From Alphaproteobacteria bacterium (GTDB taxonomy: Bacteria > Pseudomonadota > Alphaproteobacteria > Rickettsiales > UBA3002), in the NCBI GenBank assembly GCA_031402515.1, contig JANNSK010000097.1:7429-71428 (forward strand): DNA of 64,000 nt, read 5' to 3'. Below are positions 45,538 to 55,336 of this stretch, piece after piece (within the stretch, counting starts at the first letter, position 1; the number at the start of each line of letters is the position of its first letter). Both the position numbers and the translations under genes were made by a program. The notes under the pieces were generated by a model. It was not told the origin of the DNA. It made no database searches and worked only from the letters and a program-made list of their open reading frames with translations.

Positions 45538-46986
45538 CTACTTAGCGCTGACGAAACATGCAAGCACGTCCTCGGTGCGGCCGAAATACTCGGCGCGCTC
45601 CAGAAGTGCTGGACGTATGGGGTGTGCGACGAATTCGCCGCTAAGCGTGCCGTCCGCTTTCATCCCATGCACCCGGTAGGAAAATAGCGTCTGTGTGGTA
45701 ATCATGCCATCGACGCAGCCGGTGATTTCCTCGATTTGCACAATACGGCGCTTGCCGTCGCGCATCCGCTGGATCTGGATGATGAGCTGAATGGCGCTGG
45801 CTATCTGGTAGCGCAAGGATGAATTACCCACATTGACCGACGACATCGCCACCAGGTTTTCCACCCGGCTTAGGCAGTCCTTCGGGCTGTTGGAGTGGAT
45901 GGTGGCCATCGAGCCGTCATGGCCGGTATTCATCGCCGAGAGCACGTCGATTACTTCCTCGCCGCGCATCTCGCCGAGGATAATGCGGTCAGGCCGCATC
46001 CTGAGTGCGTTTTTTACCAATGCGCGCTGGGTAATCTCACCCTTGCCCTCGGTCGAGGAAGGTCTGGTTTCAAGCCTGAGTACGTGCGGCTGGTCGAGTT
46101 TTAACTCGGCGGCGTCCTCAATGGTGATAATCCGTTCGCCCGCATCGATATGACTGGATAGCGCGTTGAGCAGTGTGGTCTTTCCCGAGCCCGTGCCGCC
46201 AGAGACGACCATATTGAGGCGGATAGCGCTGCAGATGGAAAGAAATTTCACCATATCTGCGTTCATCGAATCATGTTCGATATAGGCCGCAAGCGACAGC
46301 TTGTTTTTCTTGAATTTACGAATGGAGACCAGACAGCCATCGAGCGCCAGCGGCGGGATAATGGCGTTGAAACGCGAGCCGTCGGGCATCCGCGCATCGA
46401 CCATCGGGTTGGCTTCATCGATGCGCCTGCCGACGCGCGACACAATGCGCTGTACGACGCCGATCAAATGCGCCTCATTGTTGAACTGGACGTCGGTGAG
46501 GAGGATTTTCCCAAAACGCTCGACGAACACGCGCTTGCTCGTGTTAATCATGATGTCGTTGATGTCGGGATCGGCGAGCAGCGGCTCGATGGGGCCGAAG
46601 CCCAGAATTTCGTTGATCGCCTGCTCTTTAATCAATCGGATTTGCTGGTCGGTCAGCGGCACCAGGATGGAGGGGATGACTTTGTCGCACGCCTCGAGCA
46701 CGCGCAGGCGTTTGGGTTCCGCAGCGAATTGCTCGAGCGCCTGAAAATCGAGTTGGTCGAGCAACTCGCCGATCAGCAGGCGTTTGGCCTCACGATATTC
46801 CCCCGTTTCGAGATTTCTGTCGAGATAGCTGATACGCTCCATATCGGCGTGTATGCCGCCGTTGACGGAAGGGGCGGCTACATGGCTTGAAATGGAGCCT
46901 GCGATAATGCCACCGCGCTGCGCTACCGCTGCGGCGGCAACTGCCGGGGAAGGCGTGGGTGACTCAACCGGTTTTTTACCGAACAT
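45538..46986 (-). CDS. cpaF: Tad/Cpa pilus secretion ATPase CpaF/TadA
   Basis: VirB11/GspE-like ATPase: Walker A GGTGSGKTT, Asp box, Walker B, and His box (GHDGSM.T.H). Confidence 0.9.
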   Translation of the reverse strand: MFGKKPVESPTPSPAVAAAAVAQRGGIIAGSISSHVAAPSVNGGIHADMERISYLDRNLETGEYREAKRLLIGELLDQLDFQALEQFAAEPKRLRVLEACDKVIPSILVPLTDQQIRLIKEQAINEILGFGPIEPLLADPDINDIMINTSKRVFVERFGKILLTDVQFNNEAHLIGVVQRIVSRVGRRIDEANPMVDARMPDGSRFNAIIPPLALDGCLVSIRKFKKNKLSLAAYIEHDSMNADMVKFLSICSAIRLNMVVSGGTGSGKTTLLNALSSHIDAGERIITIEDAAELKLDQPHVLRLETRPSSTEGKGEITQRALVKNALRMRPDRIILGEMRGEEVIDVLSAMNTGHDGSMATIHSNSPKDCLSRVENLVAMSSVNVGNSSLRYQIASAIQLIIQIQRMRDGKRRIVQIEEITGCVDGMITTQTLFSYRVHGMKADGTLSGEFVAHPIRPALLERAEYFGRTEDVLACFVSAK

Positions 46987-47022
46987 ACCGTGGACTCGTT
47001 TCCTCGTGGGTTCTGTTCTACT

Positions 47023-48231
47023 CTACTCTTTTTTGAGGCGGGAGAAAAGCCCGCCGCGCTGGCCGCCCTCGGCAGGTTTTGCCGCAAGCCCTACAAGCCC
47101 ATGGGCGAGTTGGGTAATATCTTCCGCCAGCGCGCTGCTATCGAGTTCCATGACGGTCTTGGCCGAGCCTTCAGCGCTGGTGATGGTTTTAATATCGTTG
47201 GCCAGCGTGTAACGGATGGTGGTGCCGCATACCCGTTCGAAATCCTTAGGGTCGATCGCCTCTTTAAACTTGGCGCCCGAGCGGTTGATGACGGTAATAA
47301 TACGTTCCGCTGGGATGTTAAGGTCGCGGAACACCCGCATCATGCGCGCCGCGTGCGATACCGATTTCAGCCAGAGCTGGGCGACGACGACCATGGTCGT
47401 CGATTGCTGACAGGCCGCGGCCACCCAGGGTAACCAGACATGCGGCAGGTCGAGGATGATATTATCGTAGCTCATTTTGAGTGTATTGAGCAGTTCGCGG
47501 ATAGCATCGGCGGAAACTGAGGGCAGGTAGCGCAGTTCCGCCGGAGCGGTGATGACATGCAGCTTACCGTAATTGACCACCATGCGTTTAATCAGCGTGG
47601 CGTCGATTCCGCGCTCAGGATGGTCGAACAAATCGCGGATGCCGTACTGGTTCTGCAAATCGAGATGTTTGGCGACCATGCCGAACTGGTAATCCATATC
47701 CACAAGCACTGTGGCGCCGTTATACATGCGGCTTAAGCAGTAGGCGGTGTTGAGTGCAGCGGTGGAAGCGCCATCGCCGCTGGCGGCGCTCATGAAGGTA
47801 ATGATGCGCTTTTCACCGTAGGAAGCGGGCATTTGTGCGGGCGCAGCCTGCGCGGCGAGGCGGGCGGAGGGCGCGGTCAGCGCGCCGGCGACATCCTTCG
47901 GGTTGGCGGGCATCGGTAAGTAATCGAGCACGCCGCGCGCCAGCAGGCCACGATAAAGTTGAATATCATTGGTGTCGCCAACCGCGATAACGCGCGTGCC
48001 CGGCTCACATTGCTGGGCAAGCTGATCTACCTCAGCAAGGGCTTCTTCGCGGCCTTTGCCGATATCGAGTACGAGATGTGAGGGCGACAGGCTATGTTGG
48101 GCGAGCTGCTGCGCTGCCTGACCTAAAGTGCCCACGAATATCTGTGGATTGCTGATACCGCAGGCGGCGGCCAGGGCTTCCGCCCAGCCCTGACGTGTCG
48201 TATCCGAGATGACAATAAATAATAGGCGCAT
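47023..48231 (-). CDS. cpaE: pilus assembly protein CpaE/TadZ (REC-like N-domain plus ParA/MinD-like ATPase)
   Basis: Domain order and operon position. The ATG at 48231 has a GAAGGA ribosome-binding site. Confidence 0.8.
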   Translation of the reverse strand: MRLLFIVISDTTRQGWAEALAAACGISNPQIFVGTLGQAAQQLAQHSLSPSHLVLDIGKGREEALAEVDQLAQQCEPGTRVIAVGDTNDIQLYRGLLARGVLDYLPMPANPKDVAGALTAPSARLAAQAAPAQMPASYGEKRIITFMSAASGDGASTAALNTAYCLSRMYNGATVLVDMDYQFGMVAKHLDLQNQYGIRDLFDHPERGIDATLIKRMVVNYGKLHVITAPAELRYLPSVSADAIRELLNTLKMSYDNIILDLPHVWLPWVAAACQQSTTMVVVAQLWLKSVSHAARMMRVFRDLNIPAERIITVINRSGAKFKEAIDPKDFERVCGTTIRYTLANDIKTITSAEGSAKTVMELDSSALAEDITQLAHGLVGLAAKPAEGGQRGGLFSRLKKE

Positions 48232-48319
48232 GGATCCTTCAGGTTTCAGATTACAGCCAGTCCGAATATGAGGCAATGAAATGCTGCAGGCAAGAGAGAG
48301 CTGGAAGGGCTATAAACCT

Positions 48320-48922
48320 TTACTGACCGCCAGAACTTTTCGCCTGACTGAGCGTAGATTGATCGAGGGTATACGGCTGCGATGCGGCTTGCTGTGGCTT
48401 ATAAGCGCCCTGATAGGCGCCGACCGCGCCAGTTGCTGGCGGCGCATCCATGATATTCGGGCTCACGAATTGCTGTTTGTCGGAAACATGCTGCACCATA
48501 TTACCGGCGACTGCGCAACCATAGTCGGCATTCGTGGTCCAGTATTGGTCGTGGGTATGGTTAAGGTAGGTTGGGCGGCAGTCACGCGCCAGAATGCGTT
48601 CATATACCAGTGCCACTGAATTATCGCCGGAAGGGACGGCCATCACCGGTACGCCGTGCAACTCAAGCACCTGACGGGCCTCTTTGCAGCTTTTGGCGGC
48701 GGCGCTGCAATAGAGTTCGGCGCGAGTGGGCTGATCCTGATTCACCCAGCGCGAAAGTTCGGCAAGTTCACCCGATCCGGCGACGCTCAGATTCACCACC
48801 TCGGACGAAACATCGAGTAATTGTTCTGGCCCGCCACGGTTATAGTAGGCGTCACTTGACACCCGCGTGTCGCAGGCGGTGAGGGCGAGGACGGCGAAGA
48901 CAAATACGATACGGCTGTGCAT
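48320..48922 (-). CDS. cpaD: pilus assembly lipoprotein CpaD
   Basis: Lipoprotein signal FAVLALTAC and a CpaD-like C-terminal region (NADYGCAVAGNMV..V). Confidence 0.7.
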   Translation of the reverse strand: MHSRIVFVFAVLALTACDTRVSSDAYYNRGGPEQLLDVSSEVVNLSVAGSGELAELSRWVNQDQPTRAELYCSAAAKSCKEARQVLELHGVPVMAVPSGDNSVALVYERILARDCRPTYLNHTHDQYWTTNADYGCAVAGNMVQHVSDKQQFVSPNIMDAPPATGAVGAYQGAYKPQQAASQPYTLDQSTLSQAKSSGGQ

Positions 48923-48934
48923 AGTCTGCTGCTC

Positions 48935-50389
48935 CTAATCCGTCATGAACCCGGCGGGTCCTTCAACGCTGCCGCCCTTGTTACCGCCCAGCGCGCCGAA
49001 GAAAATACTTTCGGTGAAACTGGCGGGTTTAAAGTCATCCGTCGGCATTTTAACATCCGAACCCTTGATGGGATCGACAAGGTACGGCGTCACTGCGATG
49101 ACGAGTTCAGACTGGTTTCGCTGGAAGTCGGTCGAGCGAAACAGCGCGCCGAGTATCGGCACTTCGCCCACACCCGGCAATTGGCTGATTTGCGAGGTCA
49201 TGTCGTCCTGAATCAATCCAGCGAGCATGAAGCTTTCGCCCGGCGCCAGTTCCAGTGTTGTCGAGGCGCGGCGGGTGGTGAAGGACGGCGCTGAAACGCT
49301 GCTGATGGTGATGGCGTTGGAATTACTAATCGAGGAAACCTCGGGCTGCACTTTAATGCGCAGGCGGTTCTGCGACAATACATACGGCGTGAATTTAAGG
49401 GCCACACCGAAGGGTTTATATTCGATCGTGGTGGTATTGCCTTGCTGCGGTACGGGAATCGGGAATTCGCCACCGGCAAGGAATTGGGCCTCTTCGCCAG
49501 AAAGTGCGGTCAGGTTTGGCTCGGCGAGGGTTTTGAGCAATCCGTCGCGTTCAAGCGCGTCGATCATGCCGCCCACACTATATTTCCCACCGGTATGAGA
49601 GGCGCCAATACTACCGAAGGAATTGGTTCCGCTGGTGCCGAAGAACTGGTTGAAACCGAAGGTCGGGATGTCGCCGCTATGATTGCCAAATTGTCCGGTG
49701 CCGGTACCGATGGTAAAGCCGAAGTCGCCGGTTTTAACCGCTGTCAGGTTAACGCCGAAATTTTTAAGCGCACTGCGCTGTACTTCGCCAATTTTAATGC
49801 GCAGCATAACCTGCTGGCCGGAGCTAATTTTCATGAGGTTGATGATGGGAGAATTCGTCGGATCATCTACCCGCTGGCGCGCTTCGGCCAGTTCTTTCGG
49901 CAACTTGTTGTGCACAAATTCTTCGGCGATTTCAATCGCGCTGGCCGCCGACTCGGCGCTCGACACATTGCCGGTCAGCGCCATGCGCAGATTAACCATG
50001 CTTACCCCGATACGCTCATTGGGCAGAAATTCGCGCATGGCTTTTCTCACTGCCGGGAGGTCGTAGGTGACATAGACATCAACACTGCGAATGATGTTGC
50101 GGCTATTGTCGAAGATGCGGAGTGTGGTCTGGCCGATTTGTTTGCCGATGACCGAAACGCGACGCTTGCCGTGAACATAGACGTCTGCCACTTCAGGGTC
50201 GGTGATAATCACCTCACCCATATCGGTTTTGGAAGTGATGAGTTCGGCGCGATTGAGCGGTACGTAAAAGACCGGGGTGGCAGCCTGGCTGGCGGCTTTT
50301 GCCTCTGCCGCAGTAAAGGCGCCAACGATCAACACGAGGCTTAACACCGCCATGCCATGTTTAATCCAAACTGAAATACGTGCGCTCAT
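48935..50389 (-). CDS. cpaC: Tad pilus secretin CpaC/RcpA
   Basis: Signal peptide from MSARISVWIKHGMAVLSLVLIVGAFTAAEA, a BON/N-domain, and a secretin C-domain (PGVGEVPILGALFRS). The ORF-track start at 50542 is an extension. Confidence 0.85.
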   Translation of the reverse strand: MSARISVWIKHGMAVLSLVLIVGAFTAAEAKAASQAATPVFYVPLNRAELITSKTDMGEVIITDPEVADVYVHGKRRVSVIGKQIGQTTLRIFDNSRNIIRSVDVYVTYDLPAVRKAMREFLPNERIGVSMVNLRMALTGNVSSAESAASAIEIAEEFVHNKLPKELAEARQRVDDPTNSPIINLMKISSGQQVMLRIKIGEVQRSALKNFGVNLTAVKTGDFGFTIGTGTGQFGNHSGDIPTFGFNQFFGTSGTNSFGSIGASHTGGKYSVGGMIDALERDGLLKTLAEPNLTALSGEEAQFLAGGEFPIPVPQQGNTTTIEYKPFGVALKFTPYVLSQNRLRIKVQPEVSSISNSNAITISSVSAPSFTTRRASTTLELAPGESFMLAGLIQDDMTSQISQLPGVGEVPILGALFRSTDFQRNQSELVIAVTPYLVDPIKGSDVKMPTDDFKPASFTESIFFGALGGNKGGSVEGPAGFMTD

Positions 50390-50390
50390 A

Positions 50391-51419
50391 TTAGGGTGCC
50401 GGTGCTGATTCGGGTGGTAACTGGGGCGTTGCTTCGGATGTTGCCGGAGCGGGCATAGGCACTGCCGGCGCTGGGGTGGCGGTAGTGGAGCGCACAACCT
50501 GCGCTGGCTGCTGTCCGGCATTCGGTGACAGTGCCGGGTCATCGCGGTATGGGGCTTCCGTCATATCGACGCCGCGCACCACCATGATAGCACCGCCGCC
50601 ACCCGCGGCTCCGGCGAATTCTTCAACCGAAGAAATATCGGCCGGTCCCGTGACAATCAGTGGATCGGATGATTCTTTATCCTGTAGCGAACGCAGGGCG
50701 AGGGTAAGCGTGCCTTTTTGCGCAGCCAGACGCAGGCGCTGCGCATCGGTCGGCGATACCATGAGCGATAAGGAGCGCGGGATAATGAGATTGCCGTTTT
50801 TATCCGTGGTGTTGCTCGAGGAAACCCGCTGGTCAGTAGCGAGCACCATGACATTGGTCAGCAGGCTTTCAGTGATCGTCGTTGCCTGCTCGCGCGGTTG
50901 GACAACGGCGCTGCTATTCGAGGTTGACGGGGGCGTTACCCAGCGCGTGATCTGGTGGGTGAACATGATATCCACGTGATCGCCCGGGAAAACGAACCCG
51001 CCGACGCCTTCAATCTCATTCGTTTGCAGCGTGATCACCCGCATGCCTTTGGGCAGTGCGCCGGCGAGGAAATTAGGATCGTTCGGATTAGCCAGCTTGC
51101 TGGCAAGGAACGGCTCCTGTACCTGAAACGGCCCGCGCGCCACCATGCCCACGATGCTTGTGCCCGAATCGGTACGGATGAAGCCCTCAGGCACCAGATG
51201 TTCCGGCCATGGCTGGACAGCAATCATTTCCTGAGCGAGTGTGGAGCCGATGGGAACCGGCGTCGCGGCGACATAAACATTCACGGCTTTCAGTGCGGGC
51301 TGGCTCTCGCCCATGATTTGTTGCTGCGGTGTCGGTTCCTCGTTGGCGGACATGCGCAGCACGATAACAGCCGCCACGGCAGCAAACACAATCGCGGCAA
51401 TCAAACCACCAAAACGCAT
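50391..51419 (-). CDS. cpaB: Flp pilus assembly protein CpaB/RcpC
   Basis: N-terminal TM, SAF-like domain, RcpC region, and a Pro-rich C-terminal tail. Confidence 0.8.
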   Translation of the reverse strand: MRFGGLIAAIVFAAVAAVIVLRMSANEEPTPQQQIMGESQPALKAVNVYVAATPVPIGSTLAQEMIAVQPWPEHLVPEGFIRTDSGTSIVGMVARGPFQVQEPFLASKLANPNDPNFLAGALPKGMRVITLQTNEIEGVGGFVFPGDHVDIMFTHQITRWVTPPSTSNSSAVVQPREQATTITESLLTNVMVLATDQRVSSSNTTDKNGNLIIPRSLSLMVSPTDAQRLRLAAQKGTLTLALRSLQDKESSDPLIVTGPADISSVEEFAGAAGGGGAIMVVRGVDMTEAPYRDDPALSPNAGQQPAQVVRSTTATPAPAVPMPAPATSEATPQLPPESAPAP

Positions 51420-51593
51420 TACGTCACCCTATGCTCAACATCAGCCCGCAGACAGGTACACTTGCAGCCCATCCGCGCGACACCTGTTTACGAATTAGCA
51501 AGCGGCGTCAAACATCGTCAAGCGAATACGACCATACACAGGGCTGTTGATAAGCTTCTTGGTAACACTGAACGAATTTTGTCGCAGATGGGA

Positions 51594-51653
51594 GTGTGGC
51601 AGGTGACAAGTGACAGGTGGCATGTGGCCCCTATCGCCTGCCACTTGCCACCA
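51594..51653. repeat. inverted heptamer-array hairpin, unit GTGRCAR (asymmetric arms)
   Basis: gtgtggcaggtgacaagtgacaggtggcatgtggc ... gcctgccacttgccacc, in the divergent cpaB/guaA spacer. Confidence 0.8.
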
Positions 51654-51698
51654 AAAAACCATTGCGGACGGGCGGGCACAGCCCTAAGACCAAGCCTC

Positions 51699-53252
51699 AT
51701 GACCGAACACGAACGCATATTGATTCTCGATTTCGGCTCGCAGGTGACACAACTCATCGCGCGGCGGGTGCGCGAGGCGGGGGTGTATAGCGAAATCCGG
51801 CCCTTCACCGTGTCGATGGCGGAGATAAAAAAATTCAGCCCGCGCGGGATTATCCTTTCCGGCGGCCCGGCCTCGGTGCATGAGGGCGCCTCGCCCAAAA
51901 TTGAGCGCGAGATATTCGCACTCGGCGTGCCCGTGCTCGGGATCTGCTACGGCGAGCAACTCATTTGCGATTTGCTCGGCGGCGAAGTCGTCCCCGGCCA
52001 TAAGCGCGAGTTTGGCCGCGCCGAAGTAGAAATTGTTGCTGGCAACTCACTGTTCGAAAATGTCTGGCAGGCGAATAATAAGTATCAGGTATGGATGAGC
52101 CATGGCGATGAAATCACCCGCCTGCCGCCAGGATTTGTCGTCACTGCCCGCACCGGTAGTGCGCCCTTCGCTGCCATCGCCAACGAAATGCGGCGCATAT
52201 ACGGTGTACAGTTCCACCCCGAAGTCGCCCATACGCCGGATGGCGCGCACCTCATTCGCAACTTCGTGCGGAACATCTGCAAATGCGCTGGCGACTGGAA
52301 CATGCGTGCCTTTAAGGACGAGGAAATCGCCAAGGTGCGCGCGCAAGTAGGCAAGGCCCGCGTGATTTGCGGCGTATCGGGCGGGGTGGATTCCTCTGTG
52401 GTGGCAAAACTGCTGCATGAGGCCCTGGGCGAGCAGCTCACCTGCATCTTTGTCGATACCGGGATGCTGAGGTTAAACGAAGGCAAAGAAGTCCATGTGC
52501 GCTTTACCGAAGCTTACGGCATCAACCTCACTTATGTCGATGCGGGGCCGATGTTCCTTTCCCGCCTTGCCGGCGTCACCGACCCCGAGCGCAAGCGCAA
52601 GATTATCGGCGAAACGTTTATTGAAGTGTTCGACGAGGAAGCCAAACGCGTCGGCGGCGCCGAGTTTCTGGCCCAAGGTACGCTGTACCCGGATGTTATC
52701 GAGTCGGTTTCCTTCACCGGCGGGCCCTCGGTCACCATCAAATCCCACCATAATGTTGGCGGATTGCCGGCGCATATGAAGCTCAAGCTCATCGAACCCT
52801 TACGCGAATTGTTCAAGGATGAAGTGCGCGCGCTGGGTATGGAGCTGGGCTTGCCGCGCGACCTTGTGTACCGCCACCCATTCCCCGGCCCCGGCCTTGC
52901 CATCCGAATCCCCGGCGACATTACGTTCGAGAAGCTCGAAATTCTGCGCCGCGCCGATGCGATTTATATCGAGGAGTTGCGCAAACATGATCTCTATGAT
53001 GACATTTGGCAGGCTTTCGCCGTGTTGTTGCCGGTGAAAACCGTCGGTGTGATGGGCGATGCGCGCACCTACGAATTTGTCTGCGGCCTGCGCGCCGTAA
53101 CCTCGAGCGACGGCATGACGGCGGATGTTTATCCGTTCCCGCCCACCATCCTGCATCATATCGCCGCGCGGATTGTCAACGAAGTGCGTGGCATCAACCG
53201 TGTGGTCTATGATATCACCAGCAAACCGCCGGCAACGATTGAGTGGGAGTAG
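51699..53252 (+). CDS. guaA: GMP synthase (glutamine-hydrolysing)
   Basis: [18 protein letters not shown], an ATP-PPase SGGVDSSV motif, and a C-terminal KPPATIEWE. The ORF-track start at 50955 is a read-through extension. Confidence 0.95.
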   Translation: MTEHERILILDFGSQVTQLIARRVREAGVYSEIRPFTVSMAEIKKFSPRGIILSGGPASVHEGASPKIEREIFALGVPVLGICYGEQLICDLLGGEVVPGHKREFGRAEVEIVAGNSLFENVWQANNKYQVWMSHGDEITRLPPGFVVTARTGSAPFAAIANEMRRIYGVQFHPEVAHTPDGAHLIRNFVRNICKCAGDWNMRAFKDEEIAKVRAQVGKARVICGVSGGVDSSVVAKLLHEALGEQLTCIFVDTGMLRLNEGKEVHVRFTEAYGINLTYVDAGPMFLSRLAGVTDPERKRKIIGETFIEVFDEEAKRVGGAEFLAQGTLYPDVIESVSFTGGPSVTIKSHHNVGGLPAHMKLKLIEPLRELFKDEVRALGMELGLPRDLVYRHPFPGPGLAIRIPGDITFEKLEILRRADAIYIEELRKHDLYDDIWQAFAVLLPVKTVGVMGDARTYEFVCGLRAVTSSDGMTADVYPFPPTILHHIAARIVNEVRGINRVVYDITSKPPATIEWE

Positions 53253-53255
53253 GCT

Positions 53256-53891
53256 ATGGTCGACCTGTTAGTGAGTGAAGTAAATCAGGCGCTGCGCGCC
53301 GACAAACTTGCCGCATTTTGGCAGCGCGGTCGCAAGCCAATATTCTACGCCTGTATCGCGGCCATACTGTTCACCGCCGCCTCAAGCGTCCGCGACCATT
53401 TCCGCGAGCAAAAGGCTGAGAAGGCGATGGAGCAGTTAGCCAGCGCGCGCGACGCTTACCGCAAAGGTGATTACGCGGCGGCGGTGCCTTTGTTTCATAC
53501 GCTCGTCGAGGAAACCAGTGGTGACCTCAACGATATGGCGCGGCTATGGGAAGCGCGGGCGCTCACCGGCCAGGGCAAGAAGGAAGAGGCGGCGGTGTTG
53601 CTGGTTGCCATTGCTTCCGATCCATCCGGGCATGATTTGCTCTGGCGCGACCTTGCCTGCCTGCGACTGGAGGGGCTTAAGCCAGCCACGGTACCCGCAT
53701 CCTGCAGCGATACGAAAGACTCGCCCTTGCGCATGCAGCGCCACGAATGGCGCGTTGCCGAAATGGTTGAGCAGGGCAAGCTGGATGAGGCACGCAAGCT
53801 GCTGAAATCCATCATCGTCCAGTCGGAAAATAACGCGAGCGAACGCGCCCGGGCGCAGGCGCTGCTGGCGTCGCTGGGGGAGGGGAAGTAG
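53256..53891 (+). CDS. YfgM-like TPR membrane protein
   Basis: One TM followed by TPR-like helices, in the conserved yfgM-bamB-der order. Confidence 0.5.
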   Translation: MVDLLVSEVNQALRADKLAAFWQRGRKPIFYACIAAILFTAASSVRDHFREQKAEKAMEQLASARDAYRKGDYAAAVPLFHTLVEETSGDLNDMARLWEARALTGQGKKEEAAVLLVAIASDPSGHDLLWRDLACLRLEGLKPATVPASCSDTKDSPLRMQRHEWRVAEMVEQGKLDEARKLLKSIIVQSENNASERARAQALLASLGEGK

Positions 53892-53893
53892 CC

Positions 53894-55258
53894 GTGAATC
53901 AGGAATCAGGAATCAGGACTCAGGAATTAAGGACGTTTCGTTTCTTGATTCCTTTCATCTTTTCATCCTGCCTCCTCCTTTCTGCCTGTGACCTGCCCGA
54001 CTGGATTGGTGGACCCAAAAAAGAAATCAAACGCGCGCCGGGCGAGCGTATCGATATCGTCGCTCCTTCCTCCGGCCTTAAGGCGGACCCGGCGGCGCAA
54101 AGCACCGAAATCGAATTTCCCGACCAGCAAGGGCTCACCGACTGGACAAGCCGCAACAATGCGCTCGGTGGTGCCCATATCGGCCTGACCGGGATTGAGC
54201 ATACGCAGTCCGAGCGCATCGGTGACGGCAACGCATTTTCGCATCCGCACGCGCCGCAGCCTATCGTCACCGGTGGGCTGGTCGTGGCGATGGATGCGGC
54301 GGGATTTGTCTCGGCGCATGATGCGGCGGACATCGATAATGTACGCTGGGTAAGTGCGGCGGGCGAAGAAGAGGATGGGGACGATGTGCTGGGCGGCGGT
54401 CTTGCTACCGACGGGCAGGTTATCTTCGCTACTACCGGCTTCGGTCGTCTGTTCGCCCTCGATCTTAAAACCGGCAAGAAACTATGGAAAACAAGCGTCG
54501 GCGCTCCGGTGCGCGGCGCCCCTGCGGTAAGTGCTGGCACCGTCGTTGTCCTCACCGCCGATGGCCAGACGCTGGGTTTCGATGCGGCAACCGGTGCGCC
54601 GCGCTGGAGCCATCGCGGCATCCGCGAATCGGCGGGTTACTTCTCCTCCACCGCGCCGGTTATCAGCGAAGACGGTATCGTCATGGCCGCCTATGCTTCG
54701 GGCGAAATCTTCGCCATGCGTGCCGAATCGGGCGACGTGTTGTGGTCCGACACGTTGGTTGCCGGTGATAAAACCAGCGCTTCGGCTGTATTCAGCGGGA
54801 TTGATGCCGACCCTATCGTACAGGATGGGGCAGTAGTCGTGGTCTCCGCTGCGGGCGCCATGCAGGCCTCATCCCTGCCCAATGGCCGGCCCCTCTGGCA
54901 GCAGCGCATCGGTGCCCATGTCACACCATGGCCTGCGGGCAATGCCGTATTTATGTTGACCACAGGGCATGACCTTGCTGCCCTCCTTAAAGCCGATGGG
55001 TCGGTGCGCTGGGCCGTATCGCTCGCTGAGAAAGACGATCGCGGCAAGGATATCACCCCGCCATTATACGGCCCCATCCTTGCCGGCAACGCCATCATGG
55101 TAGTAAAGGGAGATGGCACACTCGTCACCTACCGCCCCCAGGACGGCAAACATTTACGCGACTATGAGCTCGATAGCGGCATCGTTTCCGACCCCGTCAT
55201 CGCTGGCGGGGCGCTGTATCTGGTCGATAAAAGCGCAAGGCTGCATAAGTATTATTAG
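53894..55258 (+). CDS. bamB: outer membrane protein assembly factor BamB (PQQ-like beta-propeller lipoprotein)
   Basis: Lipobox LLSAC and repeated PQQ-like blades. GTG start; the exact start is uncertain. Confidence 0.8.
   Translation: MNQESGIRTQELRTFRFLIPFIFSSCLLLSACDLPDWIGGPKKEIKRAPGERIDIVAPSSGLKADPAAQSTEIEFPDQQGLTDWTSRNNALGGAHIGLTGIEHTQSERIGDGNAFSHPHAPQPIVTGGLVVAMDAAGFVSAHDAADIDNVRWVSAAGEEEDGDDVLGGGLATDGQVIFATTGFGRLFALDLKTGKKLWKTSVGAPVRGAPAVSAGTVVVLTADGQTLGFDAATGAPRWSHRGIRESAGYFSSTAPVISEDGIVMAAYASGEIFAMRAESGDVLWSDTLVAGDKTSASAVFSGIDADPIVQDGAVVVVSAAGAMQASSLPNGRPLWQQRIGAHVTPWPAGNAVFMLTTGHDLAALLKADGSVRWAVSLAEKDDRGKDITPPLYGPILAGNAIMVVKGDGTLVTYRPQDGKHLRDYELDSGIVSDPVIAGGALYLVDKSARLHKYY
53896..53932. 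repeat. heptamer array GAATCAG x4 at the bamB 5' end, with a degenerate partner downstream
   Basis: gaatcaggaatcaggaatcaggactcaggaattaagg. The possible eroded complement is cttgattcctttcatcttttcatcctg, about 15 nt downstream. Confidence 0.7.
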
Positions 55259-55259
55259 A

Positions 55260-55332
55260 ATGTGACAAGTGACAGGTGGCAGGTGACATGTTACGCCTCG
55301 GCCCTTGTCACCTGTCACCTGTCACATGTCAC
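55260..55332. repeat. inverted heptamer-array hairpin, unit GTGACAG
   Basis: atgtgacaagtgacaggtggcaggtgacatg ... cttgtcacctgtcacctgtcacatgtcac. It runs from the bamB stop to 5 nt before the der ATG. Confidence 0.9.
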
Positions 55333-55336
55333 TCTT

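Noticed and set aside
50955-51698. N-terminal 248-codon extension of the guaA ORF (ORF track start 50955)
   Set aside because: The extension runs antisense through cpaB and the intergenic hairpin. GuaA homology starts at [15 protein letters not shown] (51699).
51420-51698. Search for a short Flp pilin gene upstream of cpaB
   Set aside because: Minus-strand ATG-initiated frames give only peptides of 17 aa or fewer, with no G/XXXXEY-type motif. The region is occupied by a heptamer hairpin.
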